Source of the DNA: Vermamoeba vermiformis
Taxonomy: Eukaryota
Length of the DNA stretch: 64,000 nucleotides
Direction: 5' to 3'
Assembly: GCA_045837725.1 (NCBI GenBank)
Contig: JBEWZL010000123.1
Location: 124,001-188,000, forward strand
Shown piece by piece: positions 1 to 12,649 of the stretch. A program made the translations under genes and the position numbers. Position 1 is the stretch's first letter; each line of letters starts with the position of its first letter. Below the pieces are notes generated by a model that was not told the DNA's origin, did no database searches, and saw nothing but the letters and a program-made list of their open reading frames with translations.

Positions 1-1212
1 CCTTGACTTCTTTGGACGCCAGCACTTGCAACACTTTGCCTAATTGGGACATCAGCTGTGATTGTGCAGAGACAGCTAATTTTGGATCAGAAATGAAATT
101 TCCCATGAGTACCAGCACACCAGGGCCCATGCCAGTGACACCTGTCAAAAGTGTCTTCAGCGCACTCAGCACAGCGGGCTTGTCGAGCCAGACATCGCTC
201 AGGGCCATTATCCACGTGTCAGGCGAGCCCTTTGCCAAATTAGGTAAGTCCACAGCACGAGGCAGTCACGTGATCTTACCGGCACCGAGCGAGCAGCGCA
301 ATTGAGCTGTGGATGCAGTGCCAGGGCCTTGCTGCGCGGTTGTGAGGGCGGATATGCCAGGGCTTTGACGTGAAATTTCTGCTCGTCACGTGACACTTCA
401 CCCTCGACCAGCACGACGCTGTTTTCAGTGAACAGACCGGTCATTTTCTCCGCTTGACTCAGATCGAGTTCAATGTGGCTCTTGAGATCTGCGAGGAGAT
501 TCAGTCACGTGCACTTTCCAAATTAGGCAATCGTACCCTCCAAGAAGTAGCGGCCCTCTTCGAGTTGCGTGAGTATGCCGAGCACGTACTTGGTGCCCGC
601 AGCGCCAATGAGTGACTCAATGGGCGTCAGTTTGTAGTACTGGTGCTGATCGATGTTCGACGCGAGCACTGGCGGCTGAAACAGCGGATTCGACAGCAGA
701 CGCTGCTGAACGGTCACGAATCGCTCGCGCAACATGTTTGTCTTGTCGAGTGCAGTGCCGTGCAGCGAGGTCGTGTTCGGTGCACTGAACAGCAGCAGAT
801 CAGCGCTCTGACACTAGACGAGGCGTCGAGTACTTACGGATCGAAGGTCTTCTTGGTCTGATTGTAGACGTACTTGGGCAGGTCAAAGGCATTGATCACG
901 CGTATAAAGTCCTCTTGTTCCTTGTCGTCGGAGCTCTTGCTCTGTTGCTCTACACAGCGCTCGATCGTGTGCTTGTCGATCATGCCTTGATTCACTGCGA
1001 AGAAGAGTACGGCATTATTATCATATACATCCACATATATATGTATGTATATGGGACTACGTACGCTTTTGGCTGTCAATAGAGTTCAAGATCTTATCAA
1101 TGAACTCCGTCGCATTCGGTTGTTGTTGGCACAGCTCTTGCAATACTTCAAGCGCATCTAATTGCAGCACTAAGCCACGCAATTTGAAGCTGTTAATAAT
1201 GACTTTGTGCAT
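1..1212 (-). CDS. POLE2: DNA polymerase epsilon subunit B (3' part runs off the window); multi-exon
   Basis: ATG at 1212 gives MHKVIINSFKLRGLVLQ. Later exons encode VINAFDLPKYVYN, RERFVTVQQRLL, KLTPIESLIG and VLGILTQLEEGRYFLE..TGLFTENSVVLVEG, which are hallmark Dpb2/POLE2 segments. Introns are GT-AG. Confidence 0.93.
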
Positions 1213-1539
1213 GTGGAGTGTGGTGCAGGACAGTGTGCAGTTTGAATAATGTTATCAAAAAGGGCGCGGAAAGCAGTTCCAAGCGAAATCTCCCGCCGTA
1301 GCCCTGGCCGAGGGTGCGCAGAGGTGGGCAGTGTAACAGTAGTTGATGATTGGATGGTTGAACACACCTGCTGCACTATGCTCTTGAATTAATTTCCGTC
1401 AACAAATAAGCTAGCAGAGATCAGATCCAGCTCGTGCGAACAGCTGAACAACACTACGACTAGCTGACAATACAATAATTATAATAATTATTCGTATATT
1501 TAACGCCACTATTTAATCAAGGCCAGCAGTACCATCACC

Positions 1540-4231
1540 ATGATCAGCACTTTAAAAATCAACAAAATTGCGGCAGTACTCTCAGCACTGTGGAACAACA
1601 GCGCGGAGCTGAGCAGCTACATATCCGATGTGCAATATAGAGCTGTAGTTGCACTCTGCATGCCCACGCTGATGCGCATCCACACTCACAACACGCGCGT
1701 GCTCGGAGCACATCTGCTCTCGTTCAGTGAATTCAACTTGGTCAAACTTGGTCAACAGATGCTCGACCAGGGCCTCGTTGCACAACTGCACACACAGCTC
1801 GCCCTGGAAGAGAAGACTGGTGCCGCACTCAGCGCGGAACAATTGTTGCGTCAGTACGAAGCGAGTGACACGCGCGATCGCGTACGGTGAGTGACACGTG
1901 TCATTTGCGCACCTCCACCACTGACCTGTTTCCCAGCATTGTCATTGACGCATTGGTGCACTTGTCGCGTGAGTCAGTGCCTGACACGTGTCACAGTGCA
2001 CTGCTGTCACACGCGCTACACTGGCACGAGGTGTCACTTGTCATTGCACTGTTGGCGTGTCAAACAGCGACCTCCAGCGAGTACCTGTCACTCCCCGCGC
2101 TGATTCATGTGCTCGTGCAACACAGTGCCCTGCTCGACTGTCACGTGCTCGTGCTGGCACTCAACTCCGATCACGTGCGCTGGTCCGATGTGAGTGTGAC
2201 ACGTGTCATTCTTTGACCTCGACTGACACTCACTGCAGATTATCCACGCCCTGGTAGACTGTCACAATGTCCCGCAACGAGAATCACGTGCGCGAGTCAA
2301 GTAAGTGTTGCTAAAAATAGACGCAATCGTAATTCAGTGAACCAGAGCTGCCCTGAGTGTCATGGACCGTCTCGAACGGGTGACAGTGAGCCATTCAGTG
2401 AACGAGTCACGTGACAGCACTGCACCGTGGAGTCACAGTCACGTGATTGACACCATTACACGGAGACTGCTGTCAACGTGTCAAACAGCAGACTTGAGCA
2501 GCGTGTCACTGACACTCGACGACACAACTGCCATAAAAGGCAATGCTGATATCGATCACCTGTTCGACGTGCTGCTCGACATTTGCTTTCACGAAGATGT
2601 CACGCAGTCACGCGATCCCCTGCACGAGCTATATTTAGCCGAGCACGTGACTACTCTGCTGCACCACACCACACTCCGCGCAGTGCTGCGGCGCGATCAG
2701 ATCGATCACGTGATGAGTCAGCTCATCGTGCTGCTGCGGCGTGCTGAAGGTGCCACCACGCAAGAGCTGCATCGCCTAATTAGGAAAGTGAACGAATTCA
2801 GCGCGGAGAGTGTCGCGTCAGAGGACAAGTCACGTGATCAGAGTCGCGACCTCACCGAGCACTATCACGTGCGGTGGCGTGCACTGCTGCAAAGTCCATC
2901 ACGTGACGGCGCAGAGCTCGGAGCCCTGGTGCAGCACGTGCCACACATGTTCAGTTCACTGAACACGCTCATTCGACTCGTGCCGCAGTTCACCCACGTG
3001 TTCAATTCTCCGCAATCTCCGATGGAGATCACCGCAGAGTTCGAAGCACACGTGCAAAAGCTATTTTTAGACACAGAACTCGCCCCGCACCGCACACTGA
3101 ATCTCCTGCGCGAGATGAAGCGAGATTTGACCGACGATCAGCTGCTGCAAATATCTCCGCACGTGATTGGCACCTTGTTGCCTATTTTGGTGCGAGCCGA
3201 TGAAGTGCGCTATCATCACGTGATCAACACGTTTGTCTCGGTGTGGAAGCGCGTGCATCAGTTGAATCCTGAGCACGTGATGCAGTGGACAACACGAGCC
3301 CTGGTCGATGACTTGCAACAACTGCAAACAGAGCCATTGCGCCTGTTCGACCTACTTCCTAAAATGGTAGTGCATCCTCAGCTGTTCAGCACCCTGTTTT
3401 TAGAGGTAAGAATGAAGTTCACTTGCCATATTTAGTAATCCCTGCTAGATGATCATGTACTGGCGCGTCGTCTCCGAGCGACATCTGCGTGTGACAGGTG
3501 TCAAAGACGAGCACGTGACAACGTTGTGTCATTTGCAGACCAGTGCTGTCATTCAAGAGCTCTTGCACGCCTGCCAACATCCATCTTTGCAGCTCTGCGA
3601 CACAGGTCAGTGTTTGACACGCGTCAATGTTGTAATTCTAACGAGTAGTGTTTTGACAGGTGTCAAAGAGCAGATCGCAACGGCAGTGTGTCGCTACATT
3701 CACCAAGAATTCATTGAAATTCCCGCAATGACCAAATTAGTACATTTCCAGGGCTACGATGCGGCACTGATTCCGATCACTACCTCTGGGATACCCTCCA
3801 TGCGTATGTCACGTGATTCGTAGCTATATTTGGACTCACGCTCGCGCAGATGTCTGCCTGGATTTCATCCCTGAACTGTTGCAATCACCGAATTTGGAAA
3901 AACAAGTCTTTGCACTTAATCTGGCAGGTCACTTGATCGCCAAGTATCCAATCCAAAAAAGGCAAGTGTCCAGCGTGCAGTCGCGCAGTACTGACCTCAC
4001 TTTGACAGCCAACACATTGCCACACTGGTCTTGCAGCACATCAAAATGTGGCGCGAATCGGCGAATGACACGTGTCACGCGTACAGTACTGTCATTGACG
4101 CGACACTCGCATTGTGTTGTCAGTCATTTCCTTTTATGGTAGAATCAGCGCTAGAATTGCTGCAATCACTCGACACTGACACGAGTCACGTGCTCAAATC
4201 ACTGGTGCGCAAGAGCGTGGTCACGAATTGA
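1540..4231 (+). CDS. INTS2: Integrator complex subunit 2; multi-exon
   Basis: C-terminal exons give YIHQEFIEIPAMTKLVHFQGYDAALIPITTSGIPSM-VCLDFIPELLQSPNLEKQVFALNLAGHLIAKYPIQKS. This matches the conserved INTS2 C-terminal block (KLVHFQGY..GIPSMHICLDFIPEL). Confidence 0.88.
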
Positions 4232-4318
4232 CACGTGTCAAACTAGCATTTGCGCCGATTGGTTCATTCTTGTACATAATTAAATTGCCAAAAATAGCTA
4301 CAACTAATTACACGGTGT

Positions 4319-5464
4319 TTATTGATTGGTCAGTTGACTGACGGGCACGAACTCGTTCTCTGAATTCGCGACACGTGCCACCACATCGGAGTTGAAGTGA
4401 CCCGCGCTGAGCCAGGCCTGCAAATCATTCAGTGAATAGGGCCCGTACACCTGCGTCTCGTGCGGACCCCATTTGTACTCGTATTGTTCCGCACCTCCGT
4501 TTGACACGTTTGACACGCGTCTGACACCACGTGACGAGGCCTTGTTCTCATCGCGTTCGATCGATTCGATGATTCGCTCGCGCGTGTCGTTGTATATATT
4601 AGGAAATCCGTGATTCATCAGCTGATCGGCACTCTCCACCAGGGCATTGAAGCGCTGCACGGTCGGATCTGCTTCGCGCTCTTTTTTGCTCCGCTTGTCA
4701 TTTGCAGGTTTGAGGCGTCGCATGGCTGCAAAGACATTCTCGCCGTAATTGAGCTGTTGCACGAGCTGCTGTCGCGCGAGCAGCGAATTGAATTCTTCGC
4801 CGCTGTCCTCGTCGTCTACCACGGCCCTGTTGCGACCAATGCGCGCGTAGTAGTGCTTGTCGTCACGGGCGCGCGCCTCTTGCTCCTCGTACCACGCGCG
4901 GTCCCCTGCGTCCTCGTCCTCCGAGTCTGCGTCCTCGTCGCTGTCGTGATACACCATGCCGCGCTCTAGTCGCTGCTTCTTCGCCTCGCGCGCTTGATCT
5001 GCTTTGCGCCGCACGGCACCGAGACCTCGATCGAAGTCACCGCCCTCGAGTTCTTCGCGCACATTGAACGGCATCATATTGGGTCCTAGTTCTGCGACTG
5101 TATCGCCCTCCTCACCGAGCTGTCCGAGTGCTGGTCCTTCGCCCTCTTCGTCAGATGCATCGCTGTCCTCTTCTTCTTCCAGACCTAATTTGCGCTTCTG
5201 ATCGCGCCACTTCTTGCCTCGAATTTTCTTCGCCAAATTTGCAGCCTCTTCGTCTTCATATACTTGTGTTTTGTCGTTCTCTGCGTCGTTATTCATCACA
5301 TCCTCCTCTTCAATCTGCGGTGTACGGCCACGAGCCCCGCGACCACTGTTGCCACTATGTGTTAATATCTCCTCTCTATTGCGGTGACCTCCTCGGCCTC
5401 CTGATTGTTTGCGGCGCTTGTTGCTGCCTTCACGGTCATCATCCACTTTTCTTTTTCTGTTCAT
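4319..5464 (-). CDS. CD2BP2: CD2BP2/U5-52K/Lin1 U5 snRNP protein with C-terminal GYF domain
   Basis: Single ORF with an acidic N-terminal half, PFNVREELEGGDFD motif, GENVFAAMRRL, and C-terminal YEYKWG..VYGPYSLNDLQAWLSAGHF (GYF domain). Likely start is MNRKRK at 5464. Confidence 0.88.
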   Translation of the reverse strand: MNRKRKVDDDREGSNKRRKQSGGRGGHRNREEILTHSGNSGRGARGRTPQIEEEDVMNNDAENDKTQVYEDEEAANLAKKIRGKKWRDQKRKLGLEEEEDSDASDEEGEGPALGQLGEEGDTVAELGPNMMPFNVREELEGGDFDRGLGAVRRKADQAREAKKQRLERGMVYHDSDEDADSEDEDAGDRAWYEEQEARARDDKHYYARIGRNRAVVDDEDSGEEFNSLLARQQLVQQLNYGENVFAAMRRLKPANDKRSKKEREADPTVQRFNALVESADQLMNHGFPNIYNDTRERIIESIERDENKASSRGVRRVSNVSNGGAEQYEYKWGPHETQVYGPYSLNDLQAWLSAGHFNSDVVARVANSENEFVPVSQLTNQ

Positions 5465-6090
5465 GCTGCTAATAGTGTATTCTGCTATATATGTACGATC
5501 ACTATGCACACGATTGCTATTCTACAATTATGTACACCTCGTGTGCTAGTGCATTGACTGCGCAATGATTATTCGCGCACTAAGCAGAACTCGTGCTTAC
5601 AGCCACGTGACCGCTCGGAACACATCAAACAGCACTGCATGAGTGCGCTATATGCGCTAGTCTCGGCTAGATGCTGCGCGGTGCAGTGGTGTACTGATGA
5701 TCACTCCGAGGCGTTCAGTGAAAATCAGTGTGAGATTTCCAGCAAATATTCCGGGGCCCTGATAGCCGCATTGCAGTGCATTGAGTGAAGAGTCACGAGC
5801 ACACTAGAGGCAAGTAGCACTATATTGCAAGGGTGTCCTATACTCGGCCAGTGTGGCGACACGACCATCATCACTGGCGACACTTTGGCAGTTGATAAAC
5901 AAATCTTTTGCGCGCTTACTTGTGCGACCATATCATTCATATTGCACCATAAAATAGCTCTTAATTAATGACATATAGAGGTCTGAAAATCAACTTTGGA
6001 GCGGTTAGATCTATAATTTTTTTCATTTATTTATTAAATAACGCACTTTATTAAGGCACTTAATTAACAGTTGCACTCTAGGAATAGACA

Positions 6091-6966
6091 ATGAGCCATC
6101 ACAAATTGACATTCGGTGAGCATTTAATTGCTGGTGGAGTTGCCGGAGTGACAGAAGTGCTGATCATGTACCCGTTGGATGTGGTCAAGACACGTCAACA
6201 ACTCGAAGTCGGCAAGGGCATGACCATGACTAAGACCTTCAGCACCCTGATCAAGAACGAAGGTTTCTCCATTCTCTACCGCGGTATTTTGCCCCCGATC
6301 CTGATGGAGGCCCCCAAGCGCGCCGTCAAGTTCGCGAGCAATGAGCTGTACAAGCCCATCTTCTCCAACAAACAGGGCCAGATCGTCGGTCCCGGTGCCA
6401 TGATGGCTGGTGCGTGTGCGGGCATGACCGAGGCGTGCGTCATCATCCCGTTCGAGCTCGTCAAAGTGCGCTTGCAGGCCAAGGAGAATGTCGGCAAGTA
6501 CCGCAACAGCATGCAAGCTGTCACCACCATCTTCCGCGAGGAGGGTGTGTTTGGCTTCTACAAGGGCCTCGAGTCCACGCTCTGGCGCAATGCCGTGTGG
6601 AATGCCGCCTATTTCGGTCTGATCCACCACCTGCAGAAGACTTTCGCCACCCCCGCTGATGCCTCGCGTGGCACACGACTGTTCCGCGACTTCACTGCTG
6701 GCTTCATCGGCGGTGTTGTGGCCACCACGCTGAACACGCCCTTCGACGTGGTGAAGAGTCGCATTCAGTCCAGCAAGGTGGTCGGCAAGTACAACTGGAC
6801 CTTGCCCTCGCTCGTCACCGTGATGCGCGAGGAAGGTGTGCGCGCGCTGTACAAGGGCTACGTGCCCAAGGTGCTGCGTCTCGGTCCTGGCGGTGGCATC
6901 TTGAAGGTCGTGTTCGACTTTGTGTCCAACTTGCTCATTCAACGCAAACACGCTGCGCAACACTAA
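6091..6966 (+). CDS. SLC25A21: Mitochondrial 2-oxodicarboxylate carrier (ODC/SLC25A21 family)
   Basis: Intronless, 291 aa, three carrier repeats (PLDVVKTR, PFELVKVR, PFDVVKSR). ODC-specific motifs PILMEAPKRAVKF and PKVLRLGPGGGI are present. Confidence 0.9.
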   Translation: MSHHKLTFGEHLIAGGVAGVTEVLIMYPLDVVKTRQQLEVGKGMTMTKTFSTLIKNEGFSILYRGILPPILMEAPKRAVKFASNELYKPIFSNKQGQIVGPGAMMAGACAGMTEACVIIPFELVKVRLQAKENVGKYRNSMQAVTTIFREEGVFGFYKGLESTLWRNAVWNAAYFGLIHHLQKTFATPADASRGTRLFRDFTAGFIGGVVATTLNTPFDVVKSRIQSSKVVGKYNWTLPSLVTVMREEGVRALYKGYVPKVLRLGPGGGILKVVFDFVSNLLIQRKHAAQH

Positions 6967-7133
6967 TGGTGACACCTGTCAAACACTGACTTGTAGCGAG
7001 TGTCACGGTTACTATATAAATTCCTCTATTCACGCGAGCAATTGTTTTTCACGTTGTTTATGTTCAGAGAATTCATGTACAAATTAGGCAAGTGCCACCA
7101 CGTCACTCGCCAGTGCTATAATTAGAAGGTGTT

Positions 7134-8001
7134 CTAGTCCTGACGGGCCTTGAGGTGACGTGTGATGATCTGCGTGGGTGTGATCACGTGCACCACTGCA
7201 CCCCAGCCTGACAGCGCGTCACGATCCTGCGCGGACAAGAGACACTGCGCGGCACACTCGAACAGCTGATCGGGCTCCATGTCGCTCTTCCACAGTGTCT
7301 CGCACATGCCGTACAGTGCTTCAGTGCAGGTACCGCCCACCACAAAGTTGTTGGTGAACAGCGGGGCACCGATCAGATCCATGGCGCACAAATAGGGCTC
7401 GTTGTTGTCATTCAAGCCCGCAATAATTGGCTCTACGAAATATGGACCAAATCTGCGTTCATAAAGCAAACTCATGCACAAATTGGAGAGCACTTGAGGG
7501 CTCATCTCTCTTTCCTCGCGCAGTCTGTACAGATTTATTCTATATTTCAATTTTTCGTTCCTATAATATTATCGTTAATATTAATACCATAAATACACAT
7601 ATTGTAGCGTCTATAGTAATAGTAAGGATGGAAATAATAAATTATTTTTTTGTCAGCAAAGTTTTTCAAAATTATTTTGTCACTAGAAGCACCTAAATAA
7701 TATTAGGAAGCAATATTAAATATAAATATGAGATTGATAATATATTTACATTGTTTGGGCGTCAGTTATGAGACCAGGAAGACCAACAAAGGTTTTCTCA
7801 GTCATCTGATAGACCTTGGGCTTATCAAACGAGACAGTTTGATTGCGCGTACCAAAGCGCGTGTCACTCGCAATGGCAACGCAGTTCTTGCCTGCCATAG
7901 CTAGCACTGCTCCTCCGTTGTATTGGGTAATTGAATCTCCCTAGAGAGCAGAGTCAGCTTACATAATCAACCATCATAACCTGTATAATCGCAATTACCA
8001 T
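7134..8001 (-). CDS. PSMB3: Proteasome subunit beta type-3
   Basis: ATG-only first exon (7999-8001), then GDSITQYNGGAVLAMAGKNCVAIASDTRFG, and last exon LYERRFGPYFVEPIIAGL..DRDALSGWGAVVHVI..RQD. Confidence 0.95.
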
Positions 8002-8082
8002 GATAATTAATATAATACAGAAGGGTGGTGTTGTGTTGAATTTGAATTAAAATTTTTAATGCAAGAAATTTGACAAGTAATC

Positions 8083-8224
8083 ATTTGTCGCCTGGGCCTG
8101 AGTACACGCACGATGTACACTGAGGTTAAGAATAACATAGCATAAGGATAATCTCAATGGCGTTGTAGAGGCTAACACCAACATTGTGCATCCAGTTCTG
8201 GATGTGAATCCCCCTTGGCGTCAA
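8083..8224 (-). ncRNA. Candidate structured ncRNA, possibly an H/ACA snoRNA
   Basis: About 140 nt GC-richer island in an AT-rich spacer. Minus-strand hairpins: CATCCAG-aa-CTGGATG, CAATG..CATTG and GTACAT..GTGTAC. An H-box-like AGATTA (8154-8149) follows a stem, and ACA+3 nt (8088-8083) follows the last stem. No target identified. Confidence 0.35.
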
Positions 8225-8276
8225 GTGTTATTTAAAGAGCGGTATTTTATTGTTATTTTAAACAAGTGCTGCTGAC

Positions 8277-9095
8277 TTAGATTCGAGAAGGATAGAGCAT
8301 AACACGAACGGTGGCACCGATAGCCTTAGGAGGCAAGTTTCGTCTGAATCTGGCGCGGACGGTACCGTTGTGACCGTGATGTCTCACAATTTTGCCCCAC
8401 ATGACGCGAATGTTGCTCTTCTTCTTGTTGTTGCCGCTCTTGTTGGTTCTGCGAGCGCGGTACACGAAAGCAACACGCTTGCCCATGTAGAATTCGGTGT
8501 CGGCCTTGGTGTGAACACCTTCGAGCTTCAACAATGAGACGTCATTGTATTGAGTAGCCAAGCTCCTAATTATCAGAAAAAATAGGGTGTTAATACAACT
8601 GCACATCCAACAACTTTAAAGAAAAAAAATCGATCTGTGGTTGGATCATAAATAGAATTATTCGGAAGCTGAGGCACCCCAAACAATAATTATCCAACTG
8701 CCGTAATTATACACGCAACAACAATAAATGATTATCAACTTTGTTCCAGATCGAATAAATATCTCCCCAAATCGTTATTCTAACAACGAGTAAATTCTTC
8801 ATTTGAGTTTGTATCTTCAATATCGACATGTACCTTTGGTAGCCAGCAACTTTAGCCTTGGTGTACAATCTAATAAAATTAATTAGATACGATTAACATA
8901 AATCCTTTAGCCATATAGGTGGTATGGATATTTAATGCGAGTATTATTATTATTAAATAATTAATTTTCCAACAAATAGGAGCATCGTAATACCAAATCG
9001 ACTAAAACAAGTCAGGATCCGGAAGTTACAAAGATAATGAACTGTATGAGCTAAGAATGTGATAATAATTACCTAACGGGTTGATGCGAGGGCAT
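8277..9095 (-). CDS. RPL35A: 60S ribosomal protein L35a (eL33); 3 coding exons
   Basis: MPSHQPVR / LYTKAKVAGYQR / SLATQYNDVSLLKLEGV..FYMGKRVAFVYRA..WGKIVRHHGHNGTVRARFRRNLPPKAIGATVRVMLYPSRI. Confidence 0.96.
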
Positions 9096-9319
9096 TATGC
9101 GAGTCTCGAATATGTGGATAACGAACTGAGAGCAAGAACAGATAGAGATGAAAAAGGAAAAAGGCCAGACAGAACAAAAATTTAGGTCATATCGCCTTTG
9201 GATTTTGGAGAGAGTCTGACTCAACTATCTGACCCAACCATGAAAATAACGAGCGCGGATCTTGTTATTATATTTAGTAGTTAATACGAGTCATCGGATA
9301 GTTTTGACTCGGTATAAGG

Positions 9320-11127
9320 ATGCGTGTTTTGTTTCTTTACACGTTTCTGGTTGTCACATCAACCGTCTGTTCAGTTATTTCAGCCTCGAAATTCGATCAT
9401 TATGCGAAATTGATTATAGATTCAAACGATATTAGTGCTGAAGCAGTCACTCGTCACTTACTCAATGTGGATGCATTTCGGTTTTGCGACGTAGTACCAG
9501 ACAACTCCACAGACTCCGCCACAGGCTATACGTGTCAGCCCACTAATTACATTGAGGTACGTATTATTATATTATAATGTTCAATTCTAAATATTACAGT
9601 GGAAATTTAAAATAATTAATTATTCCAACTGTTTCTGTGTAAAGGCGTTGGTGCTCATGTCACTCGTGGGCATTATATTCGCGGGCCTCGCACTCATATT
9701 CTGCATCTGGTACTCAATTGGCTACGTTATGTGCGGCTGTTGTGGGTGTCGCAAGTACCCCAAACCTCCTCAGCCCAAGCGACTCTTGGCACTGCGGATC
9801 CTCTCCATCCTCATTCTCGCATTCAGCATGTACGTACTTCTAGTGTTCGTATATATATATCTCTAACATTCGAGCAGTGCGGGCATGGTGCTGGTACTCG
9901 TCGGCAATGCATCCGTGAGCCAGTCCCTGCGCGCCTTTGGTGACACAATGACGCAGACCGCAGTGCGCAGTCAACAGCGCGTCGATCGATTGAACGCAGT
10001 AGTTGCGGAGCTGCCCACCCCTGCTGGACCACCCTTCGATCTCTCCGCGGAACTCGTGCTCGCGCGTCAAGGCGCCTCCATTCTGACGCAACAAACGCGC
10101 GACTCGAACGACTCCATTCTCGCGTACAACTCGTTCCGCGAGGGCTTCGTGTATCTGATTGCCTTCGTGCCGTTTGTGCTGCTCTTGTTCAGCTTGATTG
10201 CCATGTACAAGTACTGGCGATTCTACACCCTGATGTGCGTACAGTTGTGAGTGCTATGCGTCATACTAATCACGCACACTAGGGCGGTGGTGGGACTGTC
10301 CACGTGGCTCTTGTTCATATGGCTCACGTGGTCCGTACACTTGGCGTGCACTGAAGCAGCAGATGACGTGTGCTACGAGGCCCGACAGATGAACGACACG
10401 AGTGCTGACCACTTGGCACCCTTCGAAGCACTCTCGCAGATAGTGCCCTGTCAACTCAACTCCACGACCTCGCAAGATCTGCGCAATTCACTCGACACGA
10501 TTGGCGCGGAGATTGTGCAGTCTGGTTGCATGGCCGTGGATCAGCTCTGTAGCTTGCCTGCTGCAGTGCAGAGTTCGAGCAATCCAGTCGTGGGTGACTG
10601 CAGCGATCAGGGTGTGTGCGATGAGAGCGTGCTCGCTGACTACGCTGCTGGACTGCGCGGCACTCACACCGTACACGATGTGCGCTACAACTGTCTCGTG
10701 AGCGGCGTGGCCAGCACGGTGGATGACACGGTGCAGTGTGACACGCCCTCGAACTACACTGTCGCGAGTGACGTGCAGATCACTCTGCAGAGCTGTGTCA
10801 GTGGCTGCAACAATCTGCTCATGCGCGACCTCGCTGCTTCCATCCTGCTGTACTACAACTCGAGTGCAGCATTTGACACGACAGTCAGCCAGGACATTCT
10901 GCCCCTCGTCTCGTGCTCCTTCGTGAAAGAGACCTTCGACCAGGGCAGTACCATTGTGTGCACGGAGTTCCAGTACGGCCTCACTCTCGTGTCTGCCGGC
11001 TGCATCGTTCTCGTGTTTGCGTGTCTGGTACGTACTGCAGTGTGGTAGCATATATATGATACTAATCGCTGCTTAGATTGGTGTAATTGTGAATTGGATT
11101 GGCTGGAAATATTTAATTAAGCCTTAA
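9320..11127 (+). CDS. Tweety/prominin-clan multi-pass membrane protein
   Basis: Signal peptide and about 5 hydrophobic helices. A CGCCGC motif follows TM1, GN ends TM2, DDVC follows TM4, then a large Cys-rich loop. The last exon ends KYLIKP* at 11127. Confidence 0.55.
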
Positions 11128-11266
11128 AATCGGCAACCAAGCCTCGCCCGCAGATCTGACTTAGAATTGTATCATTACTGTACAAAATACCTGTTTATGT
11201 AATAATAATTATGAAATCCAAGAGCACGAAAAGAGAATTTATTACAAGCATTCAGAGCTACCCAGC

Positions 11267-12649
11267 TTACAGGTTGATGACGCGCGATAACTTTTGAATG
11301 CGATTGAGCAAATTGTCACCTTGCTTAATAACAGATTGATATTGAGCGTTCTTAGTGTCAGGACGATTGGTCTCGATCACTCCGCCAACCTTGTCGATTT
11401 TGCAATTCAATCGACCTGCAGCGATGAATCGGGACAATTCTCTGCAATCAGAATTAGCATTACTATATTTGGAATACATGTCACGTGACAGCGGTACGTA
11501 CTTGTCGAGGAATTCACCAGTGACAGCAAACAGTCCAGCCATCGACGAGAGATTGACAGTTTTGTACGACTCCAAGAACTGCGCATAAGCACGCACGCGC
11601 ATTTCACGGGCCCAATAGCGCGCGTGATGGTGCACGGCAATGTCGAGGGCAATGTGGTCGTCGAGCACTTGCGCCATGGACTTGAAGAAGGTGCCGTACT
11701 CACCGTTGTAGTACGAGGTGATGAGTGTGCCGAGTGCGCCGAGTTCGTGAATGACCGACTTGATCTCGGGCGAGTCGAGGATGCGCTTGTGCAGCGTGAC
11801 ACGATCGAGCGAGACAATAGTGGTGATGATGGTGTAGAAGATGAAGGTCTTGTAGTCAATCAGCTCCTCGGAGGTGAAGGTGCTCAGCGTGTCCAAGAAC
11901 AGATTGGCAGCAGGCAAGAATTGACGAATGCGCAGCAAGTAGTACGCTTCGTACACTTTCAAACGATTGCGACGGTCCCAGTCACCGCCCTCTTCAATCA
12001 TCGACTTGGCGCGTTCAATGCTGCGCTTCACGAGCTCCATGTCATCGTAAAAGATGCCAATGCGAATGTTGGTGAGTGCAATGTCGAGTTTGCTGCCGAG
12101 ACCGACAGTCTGTTCGAGGGTCTGGCGGTACATGGACAGCGCTTGTTCCTGGATCTGCTGTCAGTCATTGCGCACTTGGAACAACCGAGTTCAGCGGTCT
12201 ATATCATCTGCGTACCTTGTTGCCAATGCGAGTAAAAAATTCAGCACGTTTTAAAAAGCTCTCGCGCACTTCGGTCGAGCCCAAATTTTTGACTGCATCC
12301 TCTGTCTTGTCTTCAAGTTCTTTTTGCGTTGTTTCATTATTTTTTCTCATTGTTTGGATTAAATTTTCATCTCTAGGCCAGTTGAATTGAGTGCAGACAT
12401 CTTCATAGTAAGGAGTCATATCTGAAAAATTTTCAATTTTAGAATTTTTGTCATTATTCAAGGCAACAATCGTCAATTTGGCTTACTGTTCTCTTTAATA
12501 GCTGCCATCAATTTTTGTTTAATTTCTTCTTTGTGAGCATAATTAGGAAGACTAAGCAAGAAGCGCCATCTAGGCAAGTCCATATTTGGCAGCTTTTCTA
12601 GAACAGGTTCAGCAACAATCTGTTCTTCTTCCGCATAATCAAACTCCAT
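11267..12649 (-). CDS. PSMD6: 26S proteasome regulatory subunit RPN7
   Basis: EEGGDWDRRNRLKVYE, FLDTLSTFTSEEL, REMRVRAYAQFLESY, and C-terminal GRLNCKIDKVGGVIETNRPDTKNAQYQSVIKQGDNLLNRIQKLSRVINL. Start is MEFDYAEEE at 12649. Confidence 0.96.

Noticed and set aside
5694-5763. TGATGA...CTGA pair as a plus-strand C/D snoRNA
   Set aside because: No convincing internal boxes or rRNA/snRNA guide complement recognised.
6124-6975. 283-aa antisense ORF over the ODC carrier
   Set aside because: Shadow ORF produced by the strong codon bias of the sense gene; no recognisable motifs.
8158-8223. tRNA-like look (GGCGTTG...GAATCCCC...GGCGTCA)
   Set aside because: No D-arm or anticodon arm geometry and no TTC T-loop.
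8566-9072. Long RPL35A introns as snoRNA hosts
   Set aside because: No properly spaced C and D boxes or H/ACA structure found by eye.
12150-12215. ATGATA...CTGA in a PSMD6 intron as a C/D snoRNA
   Set aside because: Poor C box, too short, CTGA belongs to the CTGAC branch point, and no rRNA complement was found.
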